Assembly: GCA_964016885.1 (NCBI GenBank)
Contig: OZ024746.1
Span: 59,148,001-59,212,000 of the forward strand
Origin: Eledone cirrhosa
Lineage: Eukaryota
DNA length: 64,000 nucleotides
Direction: 5' to 3'
Below the pieces are notes generated by a model. That model was not told the origin of the DNA and did not search any database. It saw nothing but the letters and a program-made list of their open reading frames with translations. This document shows positions 43,625 to 58,605 of the stretch, in pieces. The position numbers and the translations under genes were made by a program. Position 1 is the first letter of the stretch; each line of letters starts with the position of its first letter.

Positions 43625-43954
43625 AATAGAAAGCTTTCAAATAAGATAAGAGTATTGGACCAGAGAGACGGAAAAAACGCAAAGTAATAATAATAATAAT
43701 TTACACTTGTCATTTTTTCTGTTATTTTATATAATTTTATTCCTTCAGATTTTCGGGAGGTGACGGGATAGGATAATAATCTCTTTTTGTTTCTTGAACT
43801 TTGTGGTTTTTATTTAGTTGATGTTGCTATTATGGTTGCTGTTGTTCTTCTTGTTGTTGTGGGAAATATTATGTGTAATTGTGTTTAAGGCAGGGAGAAA
43901 ATATAAGCAGTTATTTATGTGTGTGTATGTGTTTAGATATGTGCATACGTATAC

Positions 43955-43991
<37 letters not shown>

Positions 43992-44059
43992 CGGAGTGTA
44001 TGTGTATGTGCGCGTGTGTGTGTGTGTCTTAGTGTTTATGTCTGTGTGTGTGTTAGTAT

Positions 44060-44117
<58 letters not shown>

Positions 44118-44126
44118 ATGTATATA

Positions 44127-44205
<79 letters not shown>

Positions 44206-45315
44206 AGGGTTTAGATCGTAATATATATATATATTATATATATACATACATGTTTAGGCATATATTTATATGAGTATACATACATAAATGTATACATATA
44301 TAAATATATATATGTGCATATATGTATAAATATATGTATATATATATCTATATAAATATGTATGTGTGCGTGAGTATGTATTTCTGTCTGCCTGTATATC
44401 TGTTTATATGTATATATGTATGTATATATGCATGTATGTACGTATGTATGTATTAATGTATGTACGTATGTATGTATGTATGTATGTATGTATGTATGTA
44501 TGTATGTATGTATGTATGTACGTACGTATGTATGTATGTATGTATGTATGTATGTATGTATGTATGTATGTACGTACGTATGTATGTATGTATGTATGTA
44601 TGTATGTATGTATGTATGTATGTATGTATGTATGTATGTATCTATGTATATGGAAGGAATCAGAGAGAGAATGTGAATTTGAATATTGGTTAAATAATTT
44701 AAATGAATAAGAAATAAAGAGACTGCAAGAATATTCTAACGGTAATAACAGAAGTGGAATATATATATATATATACATATATATACATATATATATATAC
44801 ATATACATACATATACATATATGTGCGCATCTGTGTGTATGCATAAATGTTTTTGTGTGCTAATGTATATACAAATATGTCTGTATATACATTCATTCTT
44901 ACATACATACATACTTACGTTACATACATACATACGTACATACATACTTACATACATATATACGTGAAATTATAAAACCAGAAGAACATACATACATACA
45001 TACATACATACATACATACATACATACATACATACATACATACATACATACATACATACATACCTACACACGCATAAAATACAGAGTTGAAATTTGAATA
45101 ATATGACGCATTAGAAATTAGGGTGTATTTAAATCTGGACAGGAAATTTGATAGGAAAGAAGAACGATGAGAACGTAATGTAACGAAAAACGAAAAAGAT
45201 TATTTGAAAGAAAATAAGTTGAAAAAAATAAATGAGTTTTAAAGAGCGATATAACACTAACACGTAGACATATTCATACATACATATAATCACAAATATA
45301 CACATAAATATACTT

Positions 45316-45390
<75 letters not shown>

Positions 45391-45444
45391 AACACACATA
45401 TACATATATATATTCAAATATATATATCTGCGCGTGTGTGAGTG

Positions 45445-45482
<38 letters not shown>

Positions 45483-45541
45483 AACACACATATACATATA
45501 TATATTCAATTCAAATATATATATCTGCGCGTGTGTGAGTG

Positions 45542-45628
<87 letters not shown>

Positions 45629-46829
45629 CTATCTATCTAGCTATCTATCTATATTAGGCTTACGTAAATATATACGTTTCTCTATCTGCGCGGCAGGATA
45701 ATAAATTGGAGTGTCCAAATGTTTTGGAGATATATATTCTACTAGAAACGATATGGGTATTGTAATGTCTCTGTCAGATTACATAGTAAGAGTTATATTG
45801 AAGAACTGTATAACTTACATATTATCATCCACCATTGTTTATTTATTCAAATTTCTATCATAGATAAAGTTCATATCTGATATACGTATATTGACATGAT
45901 AGAACCGGGGCCCTTATCATAAAGTAACCTCCTGTGAGATGGTGAGCAGAATATGAATTGTATCAACAACATTCCTGTTTGAATACTTTCAATTATCCAA
46001 ATTACCCGAAACACCAAGAAGGTGGTGGAATAAATAATACGTTTTTTTTTTACCATATAATACTGATGAAAAGGAGCAACAATGAAAAAGATGGGAGAGA
46101 AATGGGGAAGATGCAAATACTACACCTTTGCCTGGACGTTCTATCTCAGCTGCGCTCTCTGATAAGATGGCGAAACGGCACCTGTACTCTTGTCAGCCAT
46201 TCCATCGCTCTTGGCTTCTTTAAGTGTGATGCGCTCTTCCCGATTTGGAGGTGGAAAAAGCCAGCAAGTGACTGAGGAATGTGCAGACCTTAATGCCGAC
46301 CGCCAGGGAAATGAAAGGATCAGTGAATATCTGGTGTTGAACGATCTTCTACTAGTCTGTGGTAATACAAGAACCGAGAATACCAGAGGTATGGATAGTA
46401 ACCTGCGCAAAATGGGATTTATCCGTCAATTCTTGGTATTTAGTCATTTTCTACACCTCTGTGAAAGTCCGGGGACCGTGGACACGATGTTCAGAATATT
46501 ATGCCACAGAAGAAAATCAAGGCAGTAAGAAAAAATATTTTTAATCCGACTGAGGCCGATATTTTTTCAGCAAAAAGCGAATAATATTAAAAATTAATAA
46601 AAATAATTAATTCGTTTTTAAATAACGACGAAAATAATTCAGTTTTTATATTCTTGTATTCCCATTCGTTCATTAATAAACAAAACAACAAGTATCAGGT
46701 TTTTATCGTCGTGTCAACCGCCAGCAAAACATATTTTATTTTATTTTGGCATACATCATTATAACCACCACTACAACTATGACTCCTACAACTATTTTTA
46801 CTGTAATAATAGTAATAATAATTATTATA

Positions 46830-47318
46830 GCGGCGGTTGAATGACAGTATCGGTAAAGCGTCGGACAATATGCTTTGCAGCACAGTGTTACGACCCTTTA
46901 CGTTCTCAGTTCAAATCCTACCGAGGTTAACTTTGTCTTTCATCCTTACGGGGTCGATAAAATAAAGCACCAGTAATACACTGGGGCCGATTTAATCGAC
47001 TTTCCCCTCTCCGCAAAATTGCTGGCCTTGTGCCTATAATAGAAACAATTATTATTTTTCTCAAATTGATATTGCTATTGTACCAGTAACGCACTGGGGT
47101 TGATTTAGTCGACTTTCACCTCCCACCCCCTTCAAATTGTTGGCCTTGTGTCTAAATCAGAAAGCATTCGGACGCCATGCATAGAGTTGCGGCCCCTGCC
47201 ATTCTGAGTTCAAATCCCGCCGAGGTTAACTTTGCCTTTCATCCTTACGTGGTCGATAAAATAAAGTACCAGTAATACACTGGATTACTTGCTGGCCTTG
47301 TGCCAAAAGTAGAAACAA
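46830..47318 (+). mobile_element. SINE cluster (46830-47049, tail fragment ~47080-47165, 47168-47318)
   Basis: Family motifs. Confidence 0.85.
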
Positions 47319-47334
47319 TTATTACGATTATTAT

Positions 47335-48898
47335 ACCATTACTACCACTACTACCACCACCACTGTTACTACCTCCATCAATACAATTACTACTACTACC
47401 ACTACTACCACCACCACTGTTACTACCTCCATCAATACAATTACTACTACTACCACTACTACCACCACCACTGTTACTACCTCTATCAATACAATTACTA
47501 CTACTACCACTACTACCACTACTACCACCACCACTGGTACTACCTCTATCAATACAATTACTACTACTACCACTATTACCACCACCACTGTTACTACCTC
47601 TATCAATACAATTACTACTACTACCACTACTACCACCACCACTGGTACTACCTCTATCAATACAATTACTACTACTACCACTACTACCACCACCACTGTT
47701 ACTACCTCTATCAATACAATTACTACTACTACCACTACTACCACCACCACTGTTACTACCTCCATCAATACAATTACTACTACTACCACTACTACCACCA
47801 CCACTGTTACTACCTCTATCAATACAATTACTACTACTACCACTACTACCACTACTACCACCACCACTGGTACTACCTCTATCAATACAATTACTACTAC
47901 TACCACTATTACCACCACCACTGTTACTACCTCTATCAATACAATTACTACTACTACCACTACTACCACCACCACTGGTACTACCTCTATCAATACAATT
48001 ACTACTACTACCACTACTACCACCACCACTGTTACTACCTCCATCAATACAATTACTACTACTACCACTACTACCACCACCACTGTTACTACCTCCATCA
48101 ATACAATTACTACTACTACCACTACTACCACCACCACTGTTACTACCTCCATCAATACAATTACTACTACTACCACTACTACCACCACCACTGTTACTAC
48201 CTCCATCAATACAATTACTACTACTACCACTACTACCACCACCACTGTTACTACCTCCATCAATACAATTACTACTACTACCACTACTACCACCACCACT
48301 GTTACTACCTCTATCAATACAATTCCTACTACTACCACTACTACCACCACCACTGTTACTAACTCTATCAATACAATTACTACTACTACCACTACTACCA
48401 CCACCACTGTTACTACCTCCATCAATACAATTACTACTACTGCTACCACTACTACCACCACCACTGTTACTACCTCTATCAATACAATTACTACTACTAC
48501 CACTACTACCACCACCACTGTTACTACCTCTATCAATACAATTACTACTACTACCACTACTACCACCACCACTGTTACTACCTCTATCAATACAATTACT
48601 ACTACTGCTACCACTACTACCACCACCACTGTTACTACCTCTATCAATACAATTACTACTACTACCACTACTACCACCACCACTGTTACTACCTCTATCA
48701 ATACAATTACTACTACTACCACTACTACCACCACCACTGTTACTACCTCTATCAATACAATTACTACTACTACCACTACTACCACCACCACTGTTACTAC
48801 CTCTATCAATACAATTACTACTACTACCACTACTACCACCACCACTGTTACTACCTCTATCAATACAATTACTACTACTACCACTACTACCACCACCA
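47335..48898. repeat. 54-bp minisatellite, about 28 copies
   Basis: Unit TTACTACTACTACCACTACTACCACCACCACTGTTACTACCTCYATCAATACAA. Confidence 0.95.
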
Positions 48899-48964
48899 AG
48901 TTCCAACAACGATTGGTAGAGTAAAGAGACTGAGAGGACTGGGGTATCTTGACACTAATTTCAT

Positions 48965-48969
48965 GTTGG

Positions 48970-49004
<35 letters not shown>

Positions 49005-49134
49005 GTGGTGATGGTGGTGGTAGTGGTGATGGTGGTGGTGGTGATGCTGATGGGGGTGATGATGATGGTGGCGATGATGTTGATGGCGATGATGGAGACG
49101 ATGATGATGGTTATGATAATGAAGATAATGATGA

Positions 49135-49168
<34 letters not shown>

Positions 49169-49278
49169 GGTGGTGGTGGTGGTGGTGGTGATGCTGATGG
49201 GGCTGGTGATGATGGTGGCGATGATGTTGATGGCGATGATGGAGACGGTGATGATGGTTATGATAATGATGATAATGA

Positions 49279-49312
<34 letters not shown>

Positions 49313-49620
49313 GGTGGTGGTGGTGGTGGTGGTGGTGGTGGTGGTGGTGGTGGTGGTGGTGGTGGCGGTGGTGGTGACGATGGTGATGGGAACGATGATG
49401 ATGATGATGATGATGGTGGTGATGATGATGATGATGATGGTGATGATGGTGATGGTGATTGTGATGATGATGCTGGTGATGATGATGATGGTGATGATGA
49501 TGATAGTGATGATGATGATGATGATGGTGATGATGTTGATGGTGATGAACAGGATGATGATGATGATGATGATCAGGATGATGATAAGGATGATGATGAT
49601 GATGATCATGATGATGATGT
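48965..49620. repeat. (GAT/GGT)n low complexity
   Basis: Direct reading. Confidence 0.95.
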
Positions 49621-49820
49621 TGAAGACAAAATCTAAATCACTGCTGAAAAGACATTAAAGGAATGAAATGATGAATTGAAAAGATAGGCAGGCATTTTGT
49701 TCCTCAGCCTTTCTCTCGCCCATCTACTAACTCTCTCACTAACTCTCTCATTCATTATCTACTCACACTCTGTCTATCTGAATCATATTCTCTGTCTATA
49801 TATCTATCTGTATCTCATTC

Positions 49821-49885
<65 letters not shown>

Positions 49886-49998
49886 TTGTCAGGTACACAT
49901 GTTGTTGAAGTGTGTTTTACTCCGTCAATACATCGATATGTCCAGCTCCTGGTTGTATTGTTATTTCTCTGAGGAACTGGAATCATATATATATATAT

Positions 49999-51056
49999 TT
50001 GGAAGAGCACTGATGAAGGACTAATGTTCTTCATATGTAACCCATGTGCAACCACGCAGCACTCCATTTTTCTTATATTTATATTTTTTCCTCAGCTGCG
50101 ATTGTCTGTTTCTTTCTTACTACTTCCCCTCTCTCTGTATTTCTCACCTTCTTTTTACCCCCTCTGCCAGTTACACTCTCTTCGGCTGGCCTCTTCCTCA
50201 CACGTCCACTCACTCACTCTCTGCTTCTCCCCCTCTCTCACTTCCTCCTGTTTGACCTGTGTGAAATCCTTTTCTCGCTCACATCTCACCCATGTCGGAT
50301 GGTCTGTATCTCTCGTCCATGATTTCACCAAGCTTAAGCTTACAGATATCATGTACTTGTCTCTTCCTATCTTTCCGTTGCAATACCATCGTTGTTTATT
50401 TACATGTCTCGCTCGTTTCACCCTATTTTACTTGTCCCAATAACTTTATTTAGTTATCGCTCGCACCAACCAGAGGTATATGATTTTTAAAGCGATGAAA
50501 TACTAATGAAAGTTGGAAGATGACTGATGAAGGACAAATTTTATTCATATGTAACCCATGTGCAACCACCCAGCACTCCATTTTTCTTATATTTATATTT
50601 TTTCCTCAGCTGCGATTGTCTGTTTCTTTCTTACTGCCTCCCCTTTCTCTGTATCTCTCACCTTCTTTTTAACCCCTCTGCCAGTCACGCTCTCTCTCGA
50701 CTGGCCTCTTCCTCACACGTCCACTCACTCACTCTCTGCTTCTCCCCCTCTCTCACTTCCTCCCGTTTGACCTGTGTGAAATCCTTTTCTCGCTCACATC
50801 TCACCCATGTCGGATGGTCTGTATCTCTCGTACATGAATTCACTAAGCTTAAGCTTACAGATATCATGTACTTGTCTCTTCCTATCTTCCCGTTGCAATA
50901 TCATCGTTGTTTGTTTACATGTCTCGCTCGTTTCACCCTATTTTACTTGTCCCAAAAACTTTATTTAGTTATTGCTCGCACCAACCAGAGGTATATGATT
51001 TGTAAAGCGATGAAATACCAATGAAAGTTGGAAGATCACTGATGAAGGACTAATTA
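49999..51056 (+). mobile_element. Two tandem ~515-bp units plus short tail, related to the 24821 family
   Basis: CTGATGAAGGAC at 50010, 50524 and 51039; (TA)n flanks. Confidence 0.85.
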
Positions 51057-51288
51057 TATATATATATATATATATATTTATAATCTATCTATCCATCTAT
51101 CCATCTATCCATCTATCCATCTATCTATCTATCTATCTGTATATATATCTATTCCTTTCTTCCAAATATATGTTAATGATTTATTTAATGTGCCCCCCCC
51201 CCTTCTATCCTCCCTCTACCCCTCCCTTTCACACCTTCTTCTCTCTTTTTCCTTTCTCAGTCGTCCTTCTCTCCTTCCCATCACTTAC

Positions 51289-51404
51289 CTCCCTTCCGTA
51301 CCAAGAAAGATAGAAACTCCAAAAGGTATCCCACTCGAGCTAGACCACTGAATAACAATATAACATCGGACCATGCCGATGGCGTCACCGTCATAGTATC
51401 GGCA
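51289..51404 (-). CDS. Candidate host exon, possibly signal-peptide-like (MTVTPSAWSDVILLFSGLARVGYLLEFLSFLVRKG)
   Basis: Acceptor TTTTATTCCTCTAACATAG, donor GAG|GTAAGT, non-repetitive, two open frames. Confidence 0.35.
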
Positions 51405-51657
51405 CTATGTTAGAGGAATAAAACAGGTAACAATTATGTGCAAACGAAACAGTGGGCTTACATCTTGGAAAGGTAAATCCATATGGCCCAGCAGCAATTT
51501 CTGTTGCTAGGCGTAGCCAGAAACAAGAAATCTAGCTTTGCACACACACGCACACACACACACACACGCACACGCACACACACAGAAACACCCCCCCCCC
51601 CCACACACACACACACTCACGTACAATTATTGTTCATTTTGAACATTTTTATTATGG

Positions 51658-52076
51658 TTGGATTGGCAGTATCGGTAGCGGGTCGGAAGCCATGCGTGGC
51701 AGCATAGAGTTACGGCGCTTTACGATCTGAGTTCAAATCCCGCCGAGGTTAACTTTGCCTTTCATCCTTACGGGGGTCGATAAAATAAAGTACCAGTAAT
51801 GCACTGGGATAATTGCTGGCCTTGTGCCAAAAGTAGAAACAGTTATTATTATGGTTAATGGTAATAAAGGTTTTTACTATAGGCACAAGGCCAGCGATTT
51901 GGGGGGGAGGGGAAAAGTCAACCCCAGTGCATTACTGGTGCTTTATTTCATCGACCCTATAAGGATGAAAAGCAAAGCTAAGCTCGACATGATTTGAACT
52001 CAGAACGTAAAGGGCCATAACTATATGCTGAAAAGCAGGGTGTTTAACGCTCTACCAGTTCTGCCAAAACACCACC
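51658..52076. mobile_element. Convergent SINE pair (51658-51843 +, 51872-52076 -)
   Basis: Family motifs in opposite orientation. Confidence 0.85.
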
Positions 52077-52099
52077 ATGGTTAATGGTAATAATGATTT

Positions 52100-52582
52100 C
52101 TTTATTATTGGCCACAAGGGCCGAACATAAAGAACAATTCAAAGACGACGAGAGTGGGGATTTCCATGCAATAGTGTAAATAAAATTAACAAAACAAATA
52201 AAAAAAATATCAACAACAGAATTCCTCAATAGGGGAGGGGGGTAGCACCCAGAGATGACATTAGAAACACCACAATTTCCAACCCACCCTCATCCCCAAG
52301 CGTACACTAGGAGGGCGTTCCACTCTCTCCATCTTTCCATCCTACAGGGGCGCATACTTAGAAGGGGCCCATTCACACGGGCCATTCTCGCAACAATCAC
52401 CCACTTTTAAAAAATGATCTGGGAGATGGGAGGGCAGCATTTCTCTCTCTCCCCTTATCTTCCTTTCCAAGTAGAGCTTGAAAAAGTTGATGAGGGCTTG
52501 ACCGAAGAGGAAAGTGTCTTGTCTTCAGACCTTTCAGTCCACCAAAAGGAAAGTGTCTTGTCTTCAGACCTTTCAGTCCACC
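52100..52582 (-). mobile_element. Tx1-like LINE 3' end
   Basis: Similar to 23378-23810; internal ~36-bp duplication near 52507-52582. Confidence 0.55.
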
Positions 52583-53013
52583 TAATGGTAATAATAATGT
52601 ATATTATTATTGCAAAATATTACCCCCCCCCCCCATCCCCCCATCCCCATTATGTCAGCACACAAGGGTATCTCCTGCTTTTGTGTCGTGTATTAATTCT
52701 TTCTGAAACATTAAACTCGGATATTTGTTAAGAGGGAATGGTAAAATCTACACCGCTTCTTCTCTCAATATCATACAATTCCAGTGAGTAATTTTAAAAA
52801 TTTACATGGTGTATAAAGAAATCAACCGCAGCACTTAGTATGCCTGCGTGTAAACAACGTATTATTTTCATGGCACTTTAGATGTGTTTTACGACATTTG
52901 TGGGTTGCTTTTTAACATTATATCACTTTAAGTTCTTTAATAGAATATATATTTATTACTGTCTGGTTATGTACCTTGCTATAACTGTACATGGTCTAGC
53001 TTTAAATACTTTT

Positions 53014-53065
<52 letters not shown>

Positions 53066-53307
53066 TTACAAGGTTTTTTATATGAAATTGTGTGTTGAAA
53101 CAAATATATATATATATATATAATAGATTAGAATAGTACTCCTCAAAATGGTCGCATTTATAACAAATAATATGTAATTTGATAGGTCTTTCATTACAAC
53201 ATTCTATGTAAAGATGCTTGAATTGTTAATTTTTCCTGGATTTACACCTCTTGTCAATCCTACTATTGTATATATAATGTTAGATTCATTTATTTACAAT
53301 AATTTTC

Positions 53308-56060
53308 CCCGTGTATATGTCCCAACGATGAACTCCAATGAAGACGAAGAACTCACCTTTTACAGGTCTTTGTCAAAAGGATTCCTTCAGCAGACAAAAT
53401 TATCGTACTTGGTGATTTCAACGCACGCATTGGCAGGGATTACGAGACTTTGGGATGGGATCAACAGACTTGGCATAATGAAATGTAACAGCAATGGTTT
53501 CCTCCTGCTACAGATCTGTCTGGAGTTAGATTTGTTCATTACAAGCACGATGTTCCAGCAAAAGGATAAGTTCAAGACAACGTGGATGAACCCTGGGTCG
53601 ACGGTGTGGCATCTGATCGACTATGTTCTTGGGAAGAAACGTGACATACAGGATATCAGGCATATGCATGTTCTGCATGGTTCAGAGTGCTGATGCGTGC
53701 CAAGGCAAACTTCGTGACAAAACCTCAAACAAGAGCAAATGGTGTCAAAATTCCAAAGCGCTTAAATATAGATCGTATGAAATATAAGGGTATCAAGGAA
53801 GAGCTGCCTCGCAGGCTGGAAAGCATTGATCGTGCCAACAACTGGAATGATTTCAGGAGCTTGGTCTATGAGGCTTCAGCAGGGGTCCAGAAAACAAAAG
53901 GACTGATTTGATGAGGATGACCTGGAGTTCAAGGCTCTGCTGGACAGAAAACAAAAGGCACTCGATGCAGTTTTTAAAGTTGATGACAATTATGAGGGAT
54001 ACAGACAGGTAAAGAAGGGGGTGCAGGTGAAACTTAGGGCCATGCAAAATACCTGGTGGAGCAACAAAGCAGATGAATTTCGAGCAGCATCTGATGGCAA
54101 CAATGTGAAACTGCTGCACACTTTACTCAGAGAGGTGTATGGTCCTTTCAGCTCGCCAATGACATCGTTGAGATCAAAAGATAGCAAGCAGTTACTGTGC
54201 GATCCAAAAGACATACTCGACAGATGGAGAGATCACTTTGATGAGCTCTTAAACCAGCCATCCATGGTTGATGATTTCATTTGCTCCATTCCTAATGAAC
54301 CAGTGAAGCATGAGATGGCTGATGTACCTTTTCTTGCAGGGTTGACTTCTGCTGTGCATAAGCTGAACTGTGGTAAATCCCCTGGTATGGATGGTCTGAG
54401 TGCAGAGGTTTAGAAGTGCGGTGGTGAAAACTTCACGCAGCGCCTGACTGACCTCAGGTAAAAAGTGGAGGATGATGAGAATGTCCCACAAGATTGGAAG
54501 GATGCGCTCATGGTGATTCTTCATAAAGGAAAGGGTGGGAAGGACAAATGTGGCAATCATCGTGGCATATCACTTCTTTCAGTAGTTGGCAACGTCATGT
54601 GTCGAATTTTGATGGATATATTGATCTCAGGGGTTTTTTCTGAATGTGTTGCCTGAGGCGCAATGTGGGTTCAGAAATGAAAGAGGAACAGTGGATATGA
54701 TCTTTTTACCAGGTCTTTGTTGACTTGACAAAAGCCTTTGACACCGTCAATCGAACTGCATTGTGGAAAACTTTGGAAAAGCTTGGCTGCCCTCCAAGGT
54801 TAGTGAAGATTCTGCGTCTTTTTCATGATGACATGAAGGCTTGGGTCAGTATTGGTGGTAGCATCTCTGAACCAATATCAGTTGAAAATGGAGTGAAGCA
54901 AGGGGATATTCCGGCTCCAACTCTGTTTTCCTTATATTTTACGATAGTGTTTTTCATGGCATTCAGGAAAAATTGTTCGCGTGGACTTTACATCTAGTAT
55001 CGCACTTCGGGAAGGTTGTTCAACATCAGGTGCTTTGGTGCAAGCACGAAGGTATTAACATCTATAATCCGATAGTTTATGTATGCAGATGACTGCGATC
55101 TTTTTGCACACTCATAAAGTGACAAGCAGCATATTATGAACTCTTTTTCTGAAGCTTGTAGTGCTTTGGGCCTCACAAAAAGCTTGGAAAAGACTGTTGT
55201 GATGGATCAGCCAGTACCTGGAAAAGAATACACTACATCAAGCGTGTACTAGTATGGAAAGAGGCTAAAAGTTGCTGACAAGTTTGTTTACTTTGGTAGT
55301 ACGTTGAACAATTCATGCACACTTGATGATGAAATATCCTTAAGAATCAAGAAAGCCAGTGATGCTTTTGGACAGCTGCATGAACGTTTATGGTCTAGAC
55401 GAGGTATCACAATCGAAACCAAGGTAAAAGTGTATATGACTTGTGTCGTCTCTTCTTTCCTTTATGCTTGTGAAACATGGGTCATATACAGAAAGCACCT
55501 CAAGGAACTGGAGAGATTTCACCTACAATTTCTTTGTAAGTTACTTGGGGTGCGATGGAAAATGTTCGTCAGTAGTTTGGAAGTTCTCGGGGAGCGTGTG
55601 AAGTGGAGACGTTTGATCAAGTCAGGTAGTGAACACTTTGAAACTCGTCGGAGAGAACACCTGACACTGTAAAGGAAGGTGAGGATAAGAGACTGCTTCG
55701 AACTGCCTGCTGGTGAGTACCATCTGGTTTGCCAGCAATGTGGTGGAGTCTGACTGAGCAAAGCTGGTTTGATTAGACACGAACAAAGTCATATCAGTAG
55801 ACCTCATGTAGATTATGATCTGAAAAGGTGTAGGGAACGTGACAAGGAATGTGCAATCATGGGAGGTCTTAAAAGACATATGCGAACACACAGCCAGAAC
55901 AAAGCAATGGAAAGTCCCAGAAGAGCCTACAGTTGCCATGCGTGTGCCAGAGGCACACACATGGCAACTGGTTTAAAGAGCCACATTCGTGCCTCACATT
56001 TTGGAGCATTTTATCGGGCGATAGCAATGGTCGAACACGAGTTTGCAGCCATCATGTATG
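53308..56060 (+). mobile_element. Decayed near-full RTE LINE (APE, RT, zinc fingers)
   Basis: VYVPT, LGDFNA, WHLIDYV, GKSPGMDG, NHRGISLLS, DLTKAFDTV, GVKQG, MYADD, C2H2 fingers, (ATGT)n tail; many stops. Confidence 0.92.
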
Positions 56061-56344
56061 TATACAAGTATGTATGTATGTGTGTATATGTATGTATATA
56101 TGCGTATATATATATATATGTATGTAGCTGTGATATATATGTATGCGTGTATATATGTCCTGAACAGTATATTTATGTCAATTTATCTATAGCTGTAATG
56201 TTGTTTACGTTGTGTGTTTATTCCGTGTGACAACTAAAACTACTAAAAGTTTTGGGAAGATATAACAACATTCACCGTGATTAATGTTTTTAGCGGTTAG
56301 ATCATATGATAGATGACTACAGTGGACAATAGAGACAGAAATTA

Positions 56345-56971
56345 ATATATGTATGTATGAATGTATGTATGTATTTATATATATGTATGAATGTATGTAT
56401 ATATGTATGAATGTATGTACATGTATGAATGTATGTATATGTGTGCATCTATGTATGTAGATATGTATGAATGAATGTATGTATGTATTTATGGGTGTAT
56501 ATATGTATGAATGTGTGTATATGTATATATGCATGTATGAATGTATGTATATATATGTATGAATGTATGTATGTATATATGTATGAATGTATGTACATGT
56601 ATGAATGTATGTATATGTGTGCATGTATGTATGTATATATGTATGAATGTATGTACATGTATGAATGTATGTATATGTGTGCATGTTTGTATGTATGTAT
56701 GTGTGTATATATGTATGAATGAATGTATGTATGTATTTATGGGTGTATATATGTATGAATGTGTGTGTATGTATATATGAATGTATGAATGTATGTATAT
56801 GTATGCATGTATGTATGTATGTATATATGTATGAATGTATATATATTTGTATTAATGTATTTATGTATATATGCAGGTATCTATGTATGTATGTATGTAT
56901 GAATGTATGTATGAATGCTATATATTTTTTATTAATTAACATATATATATATCTATATATATATATATATT

Positions 56972-57017
<46 letters not shown>

Positions 57018-57092
57018 TATATGTATATATAAATATAGAGAGATAAACAGATATGCTTGCATATCTATATATGTGTATGTATGTATACATAC

Positions 57093-57167
<75 letters not shown>

Positions 57168-57336
57168 TATACGTGAATATATATGTATATATGATTGTAT
57201 ACATTTGTATATATATACGTGTGTGTGTATGCGTGTATAGTGTAATTGCATTTACTTATATATGGAAATATATCTATATACATTTATACTTATATAAATA
57301 TAAGTATATGTACCTACATATATGTGTGTGTGTGTA

Positions 57337-57425
<89 letters not shown>

Positions 57426-57445
57426 GCACACATATTTATATAAAC
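56345..57445. repeat. Compound (TATG/GAAT/TA)n microsatellite
   Basis: Direct reading. Confidence 0.95.
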
Positions 57446-58140
57446 AAAATATGAGCGAGCATGAGTGACGCAAAAGGGGATAAAAATACATATATGTCTT
57501 AAGATAAAGAGGTATAAATACAATAATAGAAAGACCGACAGTCAGACAGTGAGACACACAGAAAAGGGGATAAGAGTATCTAAAAGTTAAATACACAACT
57601 GAGCTTGTCGCTTCATTGCTTTTAATTTCTTTTCTCTAAAACCGAAATTAATATATCATATAAGATGGAAAAGATTTTTGAAAAGACGCTTAAAAAAGGT
57701 TTACCGCCATTTTAGACAATATGGCGACGCAATTAAACGGCCTTATTTTATAAATATAACGAAATATTTGCTTTTAGTCATTTCGTAGATGATATTTCGT
57801 ATATATTACGAAAAGTTACTAAACTGAAAGATTGAAAAGAAAACTACCCATACATTTTTTGTTTTTGGGGGTTTTTTTTGTTTTTGTTTAGTAGATTGTT
57901 ATTGTTGTAATATTAAATTTAAAGACGACGTTATACAACTTTTACACTTGAACAAATTATTAAGAACTTTTGAGATTTATATGCCAATATTTAAACAAAC
58001 AGGCATATGTTTTAAAGTCTGTGTGTTTGTGTTTGTATGCGTCTATGTGTGCGCACGCGTGGTGGGGGTATCTATTTGTGTATGTGTGTGAGAGTATGTA
58101 TGAATATACTCGTGTATTTGCTGGAACATCGGTTCGCATG

Positions 58141-58207
58141 TAAGTTTTTAGGTATAGCATTATGGTTGTGTTTACGATTGTAGACACATATACATTCATA
58201 CACACAT

Positions 58208-58293
<86 letters not shown>

Positions 58294-58352
58294 ATGAATG
58301 TATATGTGTCTACAATAGTAAACACAACCATAATGCTATACCTACAAACTTA
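58141..58352. repeat. Inverted repeat centred on (TA)n
   Basis: ~60-bp unique arms plus (CA)n/(TG)n. Confidence 0.85.
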
Positions 58353-58359
58353 TATATAT

Positions 58360-58443
<84 letters not shown>

Positions 58444-58572
58444 GAGATGATTAAATAGATATATAATAGATATACGCATACACACAAACATACAAACACA
58501 AATATACATACATACATACATACATACATACATACATACATACATACATACATACATACATACATACATACA

Positions 58573-58605
<33 letters not shown>

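Noticed and set aside
47245-48919. Long ORFs in three frames (Gly/Ser-, Leu/Pro- and Val-rich)
   Set aside because: Translation of a 54-bp minisatellite that lacks stops; the frames run into a SINE
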